DNA of 64,000 bases. Origin: an uncultured virus (IMG/VR IMGVR_UViG_3300042894_005760). Taxonomy: Duplodnaviria > Heunggongvirae > Uroviricota > Caudoviricetes. The notes beneath the pieces were generated by a model, which worked only from the letters and a program-made list of their open reading frames with translations, ran no database searches and was not told where the DNA came from. Made by a program: the position numbers and the translations under genes. The DNA lies in IMG/VR virus record IMGVR_UViG_3300042894_005760; one strand, given 5' to 3'. This document shows positions 51,723 through 60,870 of this stretch, one piece after another (the stretch's first letter is position 1; the number at the start of each line of letters is the position of its first letter).

Positions 51723-52700
51723 ATGAAAATTCTGTATGGTATTCAACTAACAGGAAATGGACATATAACAAGGTCTATAAAAATAATTACTGCATTAAAG
51801 TCTGCGGGCTTTGATGTAGATATTATAACATCGGGTACCAATTCACAATTAAATTTACCATTTAAAATTAAAAAACAATTTCAAGGCTTATCATTCTTTT
51901 ATAATAAGAAAGGTGGTATAGATTGGATAAAAACTTTATTATCACTTAAACTAAAACAATTTCTATCAGATTTAAAATATGATGTAAGTTCATATGACCT
52001 TATAATATCTGATTTTGAACCAGTATCTGCTTGGTCTGCAAGAAAATCTAACAAAAAATCATTAGGTATAGGTAATCAATACTCATTTAGATCAAAGAAA
52101 ACACCTAGACCTTTCTTTAAAGATATATTCTCAGAAATATTTATAAAATTCTTTGCACCGTGTAAAGAACATATCGGTATAAACTATAAAAAGTATGATG
52201 AATTTATTACTTTACCTATTATAAGTGATGACTTCATAAATAAAAAAGTAACTGATAAGAGATTCTACTTAGTTTATTTACCTTCGATGTCTTCAAAATT
52301 TATATCAGAACAGATAAATACTTATTGTGTAGGAATTTGGAAGGTTTATTCACCTGATGTATTAAAAGACTCAACTGATGGTATAGTAAAATTAAAAAAA
52401 CTAGATAAAGAAAAATTTAGTAAAGACTTATTAAATTGTTCTGGTGTAATAACTGCATCAGGATTTTCTACTACATCAGAAGCTTTAGTATTAGGTAAAA
52501 AATTATGGTCTATTCCTATCAAAGGACAATATGAACAACTTTGTAATGCAAAGGCACTTAATAAAATGGGTGTATTTACTGATGATTTGAATGATGATAA
52601 TATATTTGAATGGATTTATAACTACAAGACTATTAAATATGATTGGACTAATCCAATTGAAGATATTGTTAAAAAGATCAGTGATTATGCAAAAAGTTAG
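51723..52700 (+). CDS. Glycosyltransferase (MJ1255/VC2487-like GT-B)
   Basis: MKILYGIQ.TGNGHITR, ISDFEP, GFST.SEAL.LGK and P..GQYEQ..NA. Confidence 0.9.
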   Translation: MKILYGIQLTGNGHITRSIKIITALKSAGFDVDIITSGTNSQLNLPFKIKKQFQGLSFFYNKKGGIDWIKTLLSLKLKQFLSDLKYDVSSYDLIISDFEPVSAWSARKSNKKSLGIGNQYSFRSKKTPRPFFKDIFSEIFIKFFAPCKEHIGINYKKYDEFITLPIISDDFINKKVTDKRFYLVYLPSMSSKFISEQINTYCVGIWKVYSPDVLKDSTDGIVKLKKLDKEKFSKDLLNCSGVITASGFSTTSEALVLGKKLWSIPIKGQYEQLCNAKALNKMGVFTDDLNDDNIFEWIYNYKTIKYDWTNPIEDIVKKISDYAKS

Positions 52701-53427
52701 GACATTATTTATATCAGATGTTCACTTAGGAACTAAAAAGTCACAAGCTAATAAATTATTAGATGTCTTAAAAGATTATGAATTTGAAAATTTAATAATA
52801 ATTGGTGACTTCATAGATTTAACTGCATTAAAAAGTAAGTTTTACTGGAATGAGGACCACTCAACAGTTATACAAAAAGTATTAAGATTGTCAAGAAAAG
52901 GAGTAAATGTCATTTATTTATTGGGAAATCATGATCATTTTTTGAGAGGTTTAATAAAAGAAGAATTAGATATTAATTTAGGAAATATTTTAATATGTGA
53001 TGAATATCACTATGAAACTATTAAAGGTGAGAAGATTTTTATTTGTCATGGTGATCAGTTTGATGGATTTATAAGATTACATCCATTTTTATATATTTTA
53101 GGTGATTTTGCATATGAATTAAGTTTTAAGATAAATAAAATCTATAATAAGTTAAGAAGAGTTTTTGGATTAGACTATTGGTCTTTATCAAAATATTTAA
53201 AATCAAAAGTAAAAGATGCAATTGCTTTTGTAAATGACTTTAAATACTTATCAATAAAAAAATTACAAGAAACTGATTGTGAGTCTATAATGATTGGTCA
53301 TATACACACACCTGCAATAGAGAAAATAGATGATAAGAATTATTATAATACTGGTGATTTTTGTGAGTCTTGTTCTTTTTTATATGAAGACTTAGAAGGA
53401 AATATAAAATTATTTATTATTGAGTAA
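52687..53427 (+). CDS. PlcP/LpxH2-like metallophosphoesterase
   Basis: LFISDVHLG, GDFID, W...H..VIQK.LR..RKG, GNHD, HGDQFD, YWSLS.YLK.KVK.A, GHIH and NTGD; start moved to ATG 52687. Confidence 0.85.
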   Translation: MQKVRTLFISDVHLGTKKSQANKLLDVLKDYEFENLIIIGDFIDLTALKSKFYWNEDHSTVIQKVLRLSRKGVNVIYLLGNHDHFLRGLIKEELDINLGNILICDEYHYETIKGEKIFICHGDQFDGFIRLHPFLYILGDFAYELSFKINKIYNKLRRVFGLDYWSLSKYLKSKVKDAIAFVNDFKYLSIKKLQETDCESIMIGHIHTPAIEKIDDKNYYNTGDFCESCSFLYEDLEGNIKLFIIE

Positions 53428-53472
53428 CAACTTATTTATTTTTAATTCTATAATTAAAAAAATATATTTATA

Positions 53473-53889
53473 ATGATAGAAAACGGTAAAGTTGTTAGTG
53501 TACATTATGTTGGTAAATTTACTGACGGTGAAGTATTCGACAGTTCAGAAGGAAGAGAACCTCTTCAATTTGAAGTAGGATCTGGTCAGTTAATTCCAGG
53601 ATTTGAAAGTGCAATTATTGGTAAAATTGTTGGTGATAAAGTTACTGCAAGCATTACTCCTGAAGAAGGATATGGATTAGTTAGAGAAGACCTTATAGTG
53701 AGTGTTCCTCTTGACAAAATGCCAGGTGATGTTGAAGTTGGTCAAGCTTTAGAAGCACAAGGTGAAAACGGTCAATCTGCACAAGTTTTTGTTAAAGAGA
53801 TAAATGAAGATAATGTAGTTATCGACGGAAACCATCCTTTAGCAGGTAAAGATCTTGTATTTGAGATTGAAGTTGTTGAAATTCAATAA
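53473..53889 (+). CDS. FKBP-type peptidyl-prolyl isomerase, SlyD-like (no His-rich tail)
   Basis: VHY.G...DGEVFDSS..REPL.F..G.GQLIPGFE and DGNHPLAGKDL.FEIE. Confidence 0.95.
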   Translation: MIENGKVVSVHYVGKFTDGEVFDSSEGREPLQFEVGSGQLIPGFESAIIGKIVGDKVTASITPEEGYGLVREDLIVSVPLDKMPGDVEVGQALEAQGENGQSAQVFVKEINEDNVVIDGNHPLAGKDLVFEIEVVEIQ

Positions 53890-53890
53890 T

Positions 53891-53917
53891 AAAAAACCCA
53901 CTTTAAGTGGGTTTTTT
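53891..53917 (+). terminator. Intrinsic terminator
   Basis: CCCACTTTAAGTGGG followed by a T-run. Confidence 0.85.
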
Positions 53918-53941
53918 ATTTTCTCATTTAATATATAGATA

Positions 53942-54646
53942 ATGAGAAAAATATATTTACTACTACTTTTTATTACAAGTATTTCTTTTGCACAAAGAGA
54001 ACTTAATTTAGATAATAATCTAACTGGTAATACTGTTCAAGCAGATAACACTATTAGAAGTGTTGCATTTAATTATATTGGTGATAATACACTTACACTT
54101 AAAAACTTTGATATTAACTCAAATACCAACTACACCTATTTAACAGATAAACAAAATGAGTTATTACAAAGAGTTAATGTAATGTACAAGTTTCCAGAAA
54201 AAAAAATTGATGATTACTCATTTTTTACTTATCAATTTAATTCTTCTTTAATTAGAAAGATCGATCAAGATCATTGGTTTGGATTAGGTTATGGAGTTAA
54301 AAAGAAAATAGATTCTACTCTTGTAGTATCAACCTCATATGCTTTAGTATTTCAAGATATTATTTTTAGTTCTGGTGAAAGTAATACATTTTTTAGACAT
54401 TCTTTAAGAGGTAAAGTTAAACTAACCAGAAAAGATTTTGAAATAGTATCTGAATACTTTTATCAACCAAGTGTTCAATATTTTGATGAATATATTATTA
54501 TTGGTACTACAAAGCTTGTAATTATACCTAAAAATAAACTTAACTTTATTGTACAGGACGTAGTAAACTATAACTCTACTACAGAAGTTAAATTACTACA
54601 TACAATAAGCCTAGGTATTCAATACAAGTTCAACAAGAAATTTTAA
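53942..54646 (+). CDS. Outer-membrane beta-barrel protein (DUF481-like)
   Basis: Signal peptide ending SFA-Q, alternating amphipathic strands, GLGYG, FYQP, terminal LGIQYKF..KF. Confidence 0.7.
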   Translation: MRKIYLLLLFITSISFAQRELNLDNNLTGNTVQADNTIRSVAFNYIGDNTLTLKNFDINSNTNYTYLTDKQNELLQRVNVMYKFPEKKIDDYSFFTYQFNSSLIRKIDQDHWFGLGYGVKKKIDSTLVVSTSYALVFQDIIFSSGESNTFFRHSLRGKVKLTRKDFEIVSEYFYQPSVQYFDEYIIIGTTKLVIIPKNKLNFIVQDVVNYNSTTEVKLLHTISLGIQYKFNKKF

Positions 54647-54657
54647 TATATACTTAT

Positions 54658-55137
54658 ATGAAATATATTAAACTATTTGAAGAATTAGATTTCTTACCAA
54701 AGAAAATATATTATACTAAAGATGAAGGAGATTCACTTATAGTTTATACCTTTGATTTCGGTGATTATACTTATCTATGTGAGTTTAGTAAAATTGGTGG
54801 TGATATGTGGAGAAGAGACTTTCACACAATGGAAGAAGGATTCGACACAGTAAATGTGAGTAGTAAAAACGCACTTGATACTTATGCTTACATAACTCAA
54901 ATAACTGAAGACTTTTTAAATGAATATAAACCAGACTTATTGGTTTTATTTCACACGACTGAGTCAAGATTCAATGTAAATTGGAGATTTATGCAAAATA
55001 TAAACATTGATAGTGATTATGAGATTAAACCTCTTAAAAATCCACCATTTAATAATGATATAAAGACAGTTGTTGTTAAAAAAGATTTAGAAGAATTAAT
55101 ATATACCGATATAATAAAAAACGAAAAAGATAAATAA
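54658..55137 (+). CDS. Hypothetical protein with capsid-targeting-like leader
   Basis: MKYIKLFEE; late motif at 54642. Confidence 0.78.
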   Translation: MKYIKLFEELDFLPKKIYYTKDEGDSLIVYTFDFGDYTYLCEFSKIGGDMWRRDFHTMEEGFDTVNVSSKNALDTYAYITQITEDFLNEYKPDLLVLFHTTESRFNVNWRFMQNINIDSDYEIKPLKNPPFNNDIKTVVVKKDLEELIYTDIIKNEKDK

Positions 55138-55889
55138 TGAAACACTTAAAGAGATTCAATGAAGAGTTAAGTCCAAGTACTTATAGAAGTGCCGCGTGGA
55201 AATTAGGTAATATAGCTCGTAAAACAGGTAATGATGAATTTAAAACAAGATCAAATAATCTTAGAGATTATGCACAAGATAAAGCCTGGAAAGAAAATAT
55301 TAGTGAATATTCAAAGTTTGGTAAAACTACTGTAACTGTTCAATATAATAAAAAAGGAGATACTGTTACCGGTGATTTCTATTTAAACTTTTTGTTTGAT
55401 GAGTATGCTTATGATGAGATGGTACAAGATTATTTAGCAGAAGACAAACTTAATGTTGTATTTTCGGTTGGTTTAATACCAGTTGATGTAGAAACAAAAG
55501 AGAAATTTCAAAGTGTTATACCAGAAGGTGATTTTGATAATGGATTCTTTTGGGGATTATGGACAGAAGTAGAATTTGAAGATAAAGGTGATGGATTACA
55601 ACTATCTAAAGTTTCGGTTTCTAGTTATGACTTTAATGTAATTGGTAAAGTATCATTTACTAGACCATTATGTGGTGCTATTAGAAGACATTTACTAGCT
55701 TGTTTTACAGAGGATAGTGGATATGAACAAAATGGAAGACCTACATATAAAATTTTAGAAGAAGAAGTTTTAATAAAATCTGGTGCATCATCAAAATTTG
55801 GAGTTGCGATGGAGGATCTACATAACTTTATTAAAGATATAACACCAAATACAATAATGAGCTCAGTTGATGATAACCAAACTTGGTAG
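55137..55889 (+). CDS. Hypothetical protein with capsid-targeting-like leader
   Basis: MKHLKRFNEE. Confidence 0.78.
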   Translation: MKHLKRFNEELSPSTYRSAAWKLGNIARKTGNDEFKTRSNNLRDYAQDKAWKENISEYSKFGKTTVTVQYNKKGDTVTGDFYLNFLFDEYAYDEMVQDYLAEDKLNVVFSVGLIPVDVETKEKFQSVIPEGDFDNGFFWGLWTEVEFEDKGDGLQLSKVSVSSYDFNVIGKVSFTRPLCGAIRRHLLACFTEDSGYEQNGRPTYKILEEEVLIKSGASSKFGVAMEDLHNFIKDITPNTIMSSVDDNQTW

Positions 55890-55892
55890 AAT

Positions 55893-55920
55893 AAAAAAAC
55901 CCACTTAATAGTGGGTTTTT
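55893..55920. terminator. Bidirectional terminator
   Basis: A-run, CCCACT-TAAT-AGTGGG, T-run. Confidence 0.8.
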
Positions 55921-56113
55921 ACTTTACATATGTTTTTATTATTTCAATCATATCATTTTGATAACCATCAAATAGATTTCTTCTATTTAAAATAGAACGA
56001 GAAACTCCTAATTCATCACTATCATAATAAGTGAACACTTTACCTAAATTGACAAAGTGTTCAAGTCTTCCAGTTAGTTTCCAACGAATACATATTATAG
56101 TACTACTCCTCAT
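55919..56113 (-). CDS. Small hypothetical protein
   Basis: 64 aa from MRSSTII; overlaps the upstream stop and fills the gap to the terminator. Confidence 0.55.
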   Translation of the reverse strand: MRSSTIICIRWKLTGRLEHFVNLGKVFTYYDSDELGVSRSILNRRNLFDGYQNDMIEIIKTYVK

Positions 56114-56855
56114 ATTCTCTTTCTTCCCACAATTCACCAACACCCAATACTCTATGTATGATACCATCAATATTTGTTGTATCACTACGATGAAAATGTC
56201 CATAGTAGTGGTGAGTAACATCATTATTCATTTTAATAGTTTGAAACGCCATAGTAATCATTCTTCTTTCATCTAAGAGATCCATTTTAAGTGCAGGATC
56301 TGCATAAATAAATTGATTTACAAAGTCACCAAATCCATTACTATTATCCGGAACACAGTAATCTGGTGCATTGTGAGTAACCACAATATTAATATCTCGT
56401 AAATCAACTAACTTATCATCTTCCCAATTGAAGATTTCATCTGGCCACCAACTTTCGTTCATACCTTTTATGTCATATCGACCAATCGCCTGATTTTTAG
56501 TTTTACGCATTTTACGGTCTATACTTACTGCACCACCAATACATAAGATGTTTTTACCTTCTAAATTAAGAACAGTATAATCTTTTAAAAGTTTAATGTT
56601 AGTAAATCCAAATGGATCATTATCAAAGTAACCAGGAAAGTCATGGTTTCCTCTTATTGCATATAAGAAAACATTGCGTTTAACAAGTTCATTATGTACA
56701 AACTCTAAAGTACGTTTTTCTTTTAATAGTCCATTAAATCCTACGCCAAAGTCACCCACTTGGATTATGTGAGCGTCCTTAATATCAAATCGTTTAAGAT
56801 ACTGAGTAACTAAGTTAAAGTTGCCGTGCAAATCACCCAAAAACATCAAGCGCAT
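56103..56855 (-). CDS. Calcineurin-like metallophosphoesterase
   Basis: GDLHG, VGDFG, RGNHD, GGAVSID, THNAP and GHFH. Confidence 0.92.
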   Translation of the reverse strand: MRLMFLGDLHGNFNLVTQYLKRFDIKDAHIIQVGDFGVGFNGLLKEKRTLEFVHNELVKRNVFLYAIRGNHDFPGYFDNDPFGFTNIKLLKDYTVLNLEGKNILCIGGAVSIDRKMRKTKNQAIGRYDIKGMNESWWPDEIFNWEDDKLVDLRDINIVVTHNAPDYCVPDNSNGFGDFVNQFIYADPALKMDLLDERRMITMAFQTIKMNNDVTHHYYGHFHRSDTTNIDGIIHRVLGVGELWEEREYEE

Positions 56856-56881
56856 AGTTTCTATTTTTAATTATTTATATG

Positions 56882-56912
56882 CAAATATATGAAATTAGTT
56901 TGAAAGGAACAA
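56882..56912 (-). promoter_or_regulatory. Bacteroidota housekeeping-sigma promoter
   Basis: Minus strand reads TTG-N20-TATATTTG. Confidence 0.65.
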
Positions 56913-56950
56913 TTAAAACTTTAATATATACAAGAAATGTATGATAACAA

Positions 56951-57784
56951 ATGGAAGATATAATTAACATAATAAAAAGAGAGTATCCAAAAAGTGGATA
57001 TAAAAAAACTGCAGACATTTTAAATTTAAGTGTTTTTAAATTAAAAAATATTATTAAAAAGAACAATATAGTTTTACAAGAAAGAGTTAGAAAAGTATCA
57101 ATAGAAAATTTTAATAATATTGATAAAAAGGAAGTTGCATACTTTTTGGGATTTTTTTGGTCCGATGGTTACATTTCAAGAGATGAAATAACAATACAGA
57201 TAAAAAAAACTGATGGTATAATAATATATTCTATATTAAATACATTTGGCGAATGGAGAATAACAGACCGAGATAAAAAGTTAAATGGTAAACATTTTGA
57301 ACAAAGTATAATTAGAATAAATGATAAATATATCAAGGAATTTTTAATAGATAATGACTTCGATAAAAAGTCTCTATTATCACCATCTAAAATTTTAAAA
57401 ATAATACCTGATAGTCTAAAACCTTATTTTTTTAGAGGATTGGTTGATGGTGATGGATGCTTCTGTTCAAAAAATAGAAACTATTTTTCAATAACTGGTA
57501 ATATAAATCAAGATTGGATAGATTTTGAAGAATTATTAAATTCATTAAATATTCAATATTCACTGAGTAGAAAAGAAAGAAATACTGGTAAATCTAGTTA
57601 TATTGTAATATCATCTAAAATAGATATAATAAAGTTGGGTAATTATTTATATGGTGAAAATTTTGATGAAATTGGTCTAAAAAGGAAATATGATATATAT
57701 AATGAGATTAAAAATAAACCTACTTTGAAAAATAAACCAATAAAAGAACATAATAGATATTATGGTAAACTTATTATAGAATAA
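56951..57784 (+). CDS. Free-standing LAGLIDADG homing endonuclease
   Basis: AYFLGFFWSDG and FFRGLVDGDG; L.RK near the C-terminus. Confidence 0.92.
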   Translation: MEDIINIIKREYPKSGYKKTADILNLSVFKLKNIIKKNNIVLQERVRKVSIENFNNIDKKEVAYFLGFFWSDGYISRDEITIQIKKTDGIIIYSILNTFGEWRITDRDKKLNGKHFEQSIIRINDKYIKEFLIDNDFDKKSLLSPSKILKIIPDSLKPYFFRGLVDGDGCFCSKNRNYFSITGNINQDWIDFEELLNSLNIQYSLSRKERNTGKSSYIVISSKIDIIKLGNYLYGENFDEIGLKRKYDIYNEIKNKPTLKNKPIKEHNRYYGKLIIE

Positions 57785-57814
57785 TAATATATACTAAAAA
57801 ATATAATAAAAATA

Positions 57815-58186
57815 ATGGAACATAAAGAAGATTCAGTAACTCTGAAGTTTTTAAAAGACACTCTTAAAAAAGGTACTGACTTCGCACAAGAATTTTGGGA
57901 AGGTACTAAAAGAGAAGCTACTGAAACTAAAATATCGATTCTAATCATTAGAAAAATGATTCAGGATAAAGAAGTAACAGATGGTGAAATTAAGTTCTTA
58001 AAAGAGCACTCAATGGATTTGGTGAAGCTTGTACCATTAGTTTTAATCTCTGGTATTCCTATTCCAGTTCCTATAACACCATTATTAATTGCCTTGGGTA
58101 AAAAATATGGATTTGACTTTCTTCCAAAAGATAATAGACACTACTTAACAGATACTAAAGTTAAAGGAAAAGAAAGAGAGATTTAA
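57815..58186 (+). CDS. Hypothetical membrane-associated protein
   Basis: 123 aa with hydrophobic LVKLVPLVLISGIPIP segment. Confidence 0.7.
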   Translation: MEHKEDSVTLKFLKDTLKKGTDFAQEFWEGTKREATETKISILIIRKMIQDKEVTDGEIKFLKEHSMDLVKLVPLVLISGIPIPVPITPLLIALGKKYGFDFLPKDNRHYLTDTKVKGKEREI

Positions 58187-58713
58187 TTAATTCTAATTTT
58201 CATTCCACATAACTCATCATTCCAAATATGTGACTTATCATTTATTAGATCAGATATATCTAAATTATAATTTGTTTCTTTTGAACTACTTAGCTTTTTA
58301 ATTATTTCAATTTCTCCTCTTCTAATTGAATATCTTCTTTTTAAAATAGTTAAAAATGGTATAAAGTGATCTTTAGTTTCACTCCATTTTAGATTTTTAA
58401 ATCCACCATTTGTTTTTAGATTTTCTAAAGTTATAATAAATTCTTTGTGTGGTGGATTTAACTCACCAACTTCTATTTTTAATCCTCCATCTACAAGCCA
58501 AACTAAACTATTCTCACAAAAATCCTTCAAATTATCTATAAATAAATCTCTCTGCTTCCTCTCATCTTCTGTTAGTTGAGTAGGTTGTTCAGTGTATCTT
58601 TTATAATCCATTAATCTTCTTTCTGCCATTTTAGGATTCTTTTTACGAAGTTGTCCGTTAACATCTCTAAAATGTCCTTCTGGAGTTTCTTCTTTACCAA
58701 ACTTATAATTCAT
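58183..58713 (-). CDS. Hypothetical protein, LAYLxDEG paralog family
   Basis: LKDFCENSLVWLVDGG and KWSETKDHFIPFL. Confidence 0.75.
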   Translation of the reverse strand: MNYKFGKEETPEGHFRDVNGQLRKKNPKMAERRLMDYKRYTEQPTQLTEDERKQRDLFIDNLKDFCENSLVWLVDGGLKIEVGELNPPHKEFIITLENLKTNGGFKNLKWSETKDHFIPFLTILKRRYSIRRGEIEIIKKLSSSKETNYNLDISDLINDKSHIWNDELCGMKIRIN

Positions 58714-59702
58714 TATTCTACAAATACTATTTTTTGTAATCTATCTAACCAACCATCACCATGTCTTTTAAAAGTTCTGGCTTCTTTATATCTATCTTCA
58801 CGATACTTTTTAATAGTATTAAAAAGTTTATCTTGTTCCAATGAATTAAGTTGTTTAATGTAATCACCTTCAAATGGATTTACATCATCAGATATTTCAA
58901 TTCCATTATCTCTTAAAACATTTCTCAATACTGATTTCATTCCTGAAATTCCTTGATTTACACATCCATCATAAACAACGTCTGCTACTGATTGATTACA
59001 GAATCTTTCAATTTTTTGATCATCCCAGTATTGATTTTTATAAATATCTAAAGCGGTTTCATATGATAAGTTCATCATATCTTCTTTTTTAGGTAGTTTA
59101 CCTAAATATTTCATTAGAACTGGTGCAGAGATACCATATTTACTACCAACAAATCTTTTTAACTTTTTACCACCCATTTCAAAATCTACAAAGTTTCCAG
59201 TATCACCTTTATCATTTGAATAGTCTCCTTCTGCAAGAGCTACGGCTTTTTGAGAAACCTCAAAAGAAGCTTTCTTAGTAACTTTAATAAACTCTTTGAC
59301 TATTTTCTTGTCTGCCTTATATTGATCTGCTGATTGCGTTAAATAAGCCACTGAACCGAATAATAGGAACACACTTGCATAGTTAATTAAAAGTTTTCTT
59401 CTAGTTTTTTCTGGAAGAAGTTTTATTTTATCTAATAGTTTATAAAAGTATTTTATAACTTGATCTTTTGGTAATTTAGATAAGAAAGCTTTTAACTTTT
59501 CTAAAACTTTAGAAGTCGTAGATGTAGTTGGTTTAGTTAAATCCCATTCAAAAGTAACCGGTTTTTCTTCTACTGGTTTTTCAGTTTCTTTTTTCATATC
59601 CCAAGTGAATGTAGGACTAGGTTCGTCAGATTCTAATAATAAAAAAATATCATTTATTATAGATTCAAATAAAAAATCATTATATTTGTACAAATTATTC
59701 AT
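58713..59702 (-). CDS. Protein with C-terminal GH108 lysozyme
   Basis: EGDYSNDKGDTG, KYGIS, IYK..YWD, D..VNQG and GWL.R; leader YKYNDFLFES. Confidence 0.85.
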   Translation of the reverse strand: MNNLYKYNDFLFESIINDIFLLLESDEPSPTFTWDMKKETEKPVEEKPVTFEWDLTKPTTSTTSKVLEKLKAFLSKLPKDQVIKYFYKLLDKIKLLPEKTRRKLLINYASVFLLFGSVAYLTQSADQYKADKKIVKEFIKVTKKASFEVSQKAVALAEGDYSNDKGDTGNFVDFEMGGKKLKRFVGSKYGISAPVLMKYLGKLPKKEDMMNLSYETALDIYKNQYWDDQKIERFCNQSVADVVYDGCVNQGISGMKSVLRNVLRDNGIEISDDVNPFEGDYIKQLNSLEQDKLFNTIKKYREDRYKEARTFKRHGDGWLDRLQKIVFVE

Positions 59703-59724
59703 AAACTATATATTAAAAAATTAA

Positions 59725-60330
59725 ATGAAAAGACTATTATTATTTCCATTTGTATTTCTTTATAACACCATAAAGAAAAATATTTTAAAAACTATTTGGA
59801 TAGCACTTGCTATTATTGGATTTCATTTTTCACAGGGTTATAAAGAGGATGTTATTGAATCAAAAACTGCAACTCATGTTATAAAAACTGATAAAAACTA
59901 CACTTATTTTTTTGAAGAAGGAGACAATCGTTATTCAACAATGGTTTTTGATGGACCATTAAAGAACAATACTTATGTTTATAAAGATACTCAAGGTGAA
60001 TATATTTGGTTACAAGCATTAGGCTGGGTATCACTTATTATTTTAGTAATTGGATTCTTTGTTGGACTCGGTGAAGATGAAGTTTCGTGGGAATTTGATG
60101 AATGTTTTGAAAGATCATTATCTTTTTTAATTGATTGTGAATTTGAGGATAATAAGTTTTATTATTTTGCACTTGGTAGATTAATTAGAAAAAGTGATAG
60201 ACAGATAAGTGACCATTATAGAAATATTGCAAATGAGTTAAATATTCATAGTTTTAGTGATATATTAAATTGTCCTAAGTTTATGACAAGATCACAAAGA
60301 AGAGGTAAGTTATTAGATGAATTAGTATAA
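59725..60330 (+). CDS. Two-TM membrane protein
   Basis: Two hydrophobic helices; ends RRGKLLDELV. Confidence 0.75.
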   Translation: MKRLLLFPFVFLYNTIKKNILKTIWIALAIIGFHFSQGYKEDVIESKTATHVIKTDKNYTYFFEEGDNRYSTMVFDGPLKNNTYVYKDTQGEYIWLQALGWVSLIILVIGFFVGLGEDEVSWEFDECFERSLSFLIDCEFEDNKFYYFALGRLIRKSDRQISDHYRNIANELNIHSFSDILNCPKFMTRSQRRGKLLDELV

Positions 60331-60356
60331 AAAAAGTCCCAATTTGGGACTTTTTT
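60329..60356. terminator. Bidirectional terminator
   Basis: A-run, GTCCCAATTTGGGAC, T-run. Confidence 0.85.
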
Positions 60357-60834
60357 ATTTATTGTAGTTTTTCAAAAGATCAACTAATCGATTTAGTGTT
60401 TCATCATCTAATGAGTACCAACCTTCATCGTTTGTTATCTCTCTAATTTCTTTGTTAAGTTGTTCTTTGTCAACTCCGTCTTCACATAACCAGTGGTATA
60501 ATTCTACACACTCAGTTGCCAAATCGAATTGATTATACCCAGTAGATTCATTTTTCAAATCTCTTAAATCAGAAACTTCACTAGGATTACCTTTTTTCCC
60601 TCTTTTTCCTTTTTTCTTTCCATTGAAACTGTTTATTGGTGTTTTAGTTTGAACTCCACCTAATCCAAATCCAATGTCACCTGAACCCGAAGTTCCTGGT
60701 ACACCTGGTAATGGACCAACTTGTGCCGCAACAACTGGACCCATTCCTGCGGTATTTGATGCATTGACAGTAGCAGTTCCACCACCACCTTCTCCATCTT
60801 CAAAAAACTTTTGATACTTTTTTAAATATTTCAT
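60355..60834 (-). CDS. Gly-rich hypothetical protein with capsid-targeting-like leader
   Basis: Start moved to MKYLKKYQKFFE directly after a late motif. Confidence 0.78.
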   Translation of the reverse strand: MKYLKKYQKFFEDGEGGGGTATVNASNTAGMGPVVAAQVGPLPGVPGTSGSGDIGFGLGGVQTKTPINSFNGKKKGKRGKKGNPSEVSDLRDLKNESTGYNQFDLATECVELYHWLCEDGVDKEQLNKEIREITNDEGWYSLDDETLNRLVDLLKNYNK

Positions 60835-60870
60835 AGTATATATATTAAATAAAAAAACTACATTTGTGTC

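Noticed and set aside
56951..57784. Group I intron around the LAGLIDADG gene
   Set aside because: Flanks are short AT-rich spacers, the upstream gene is divergent and neighbours appear complete
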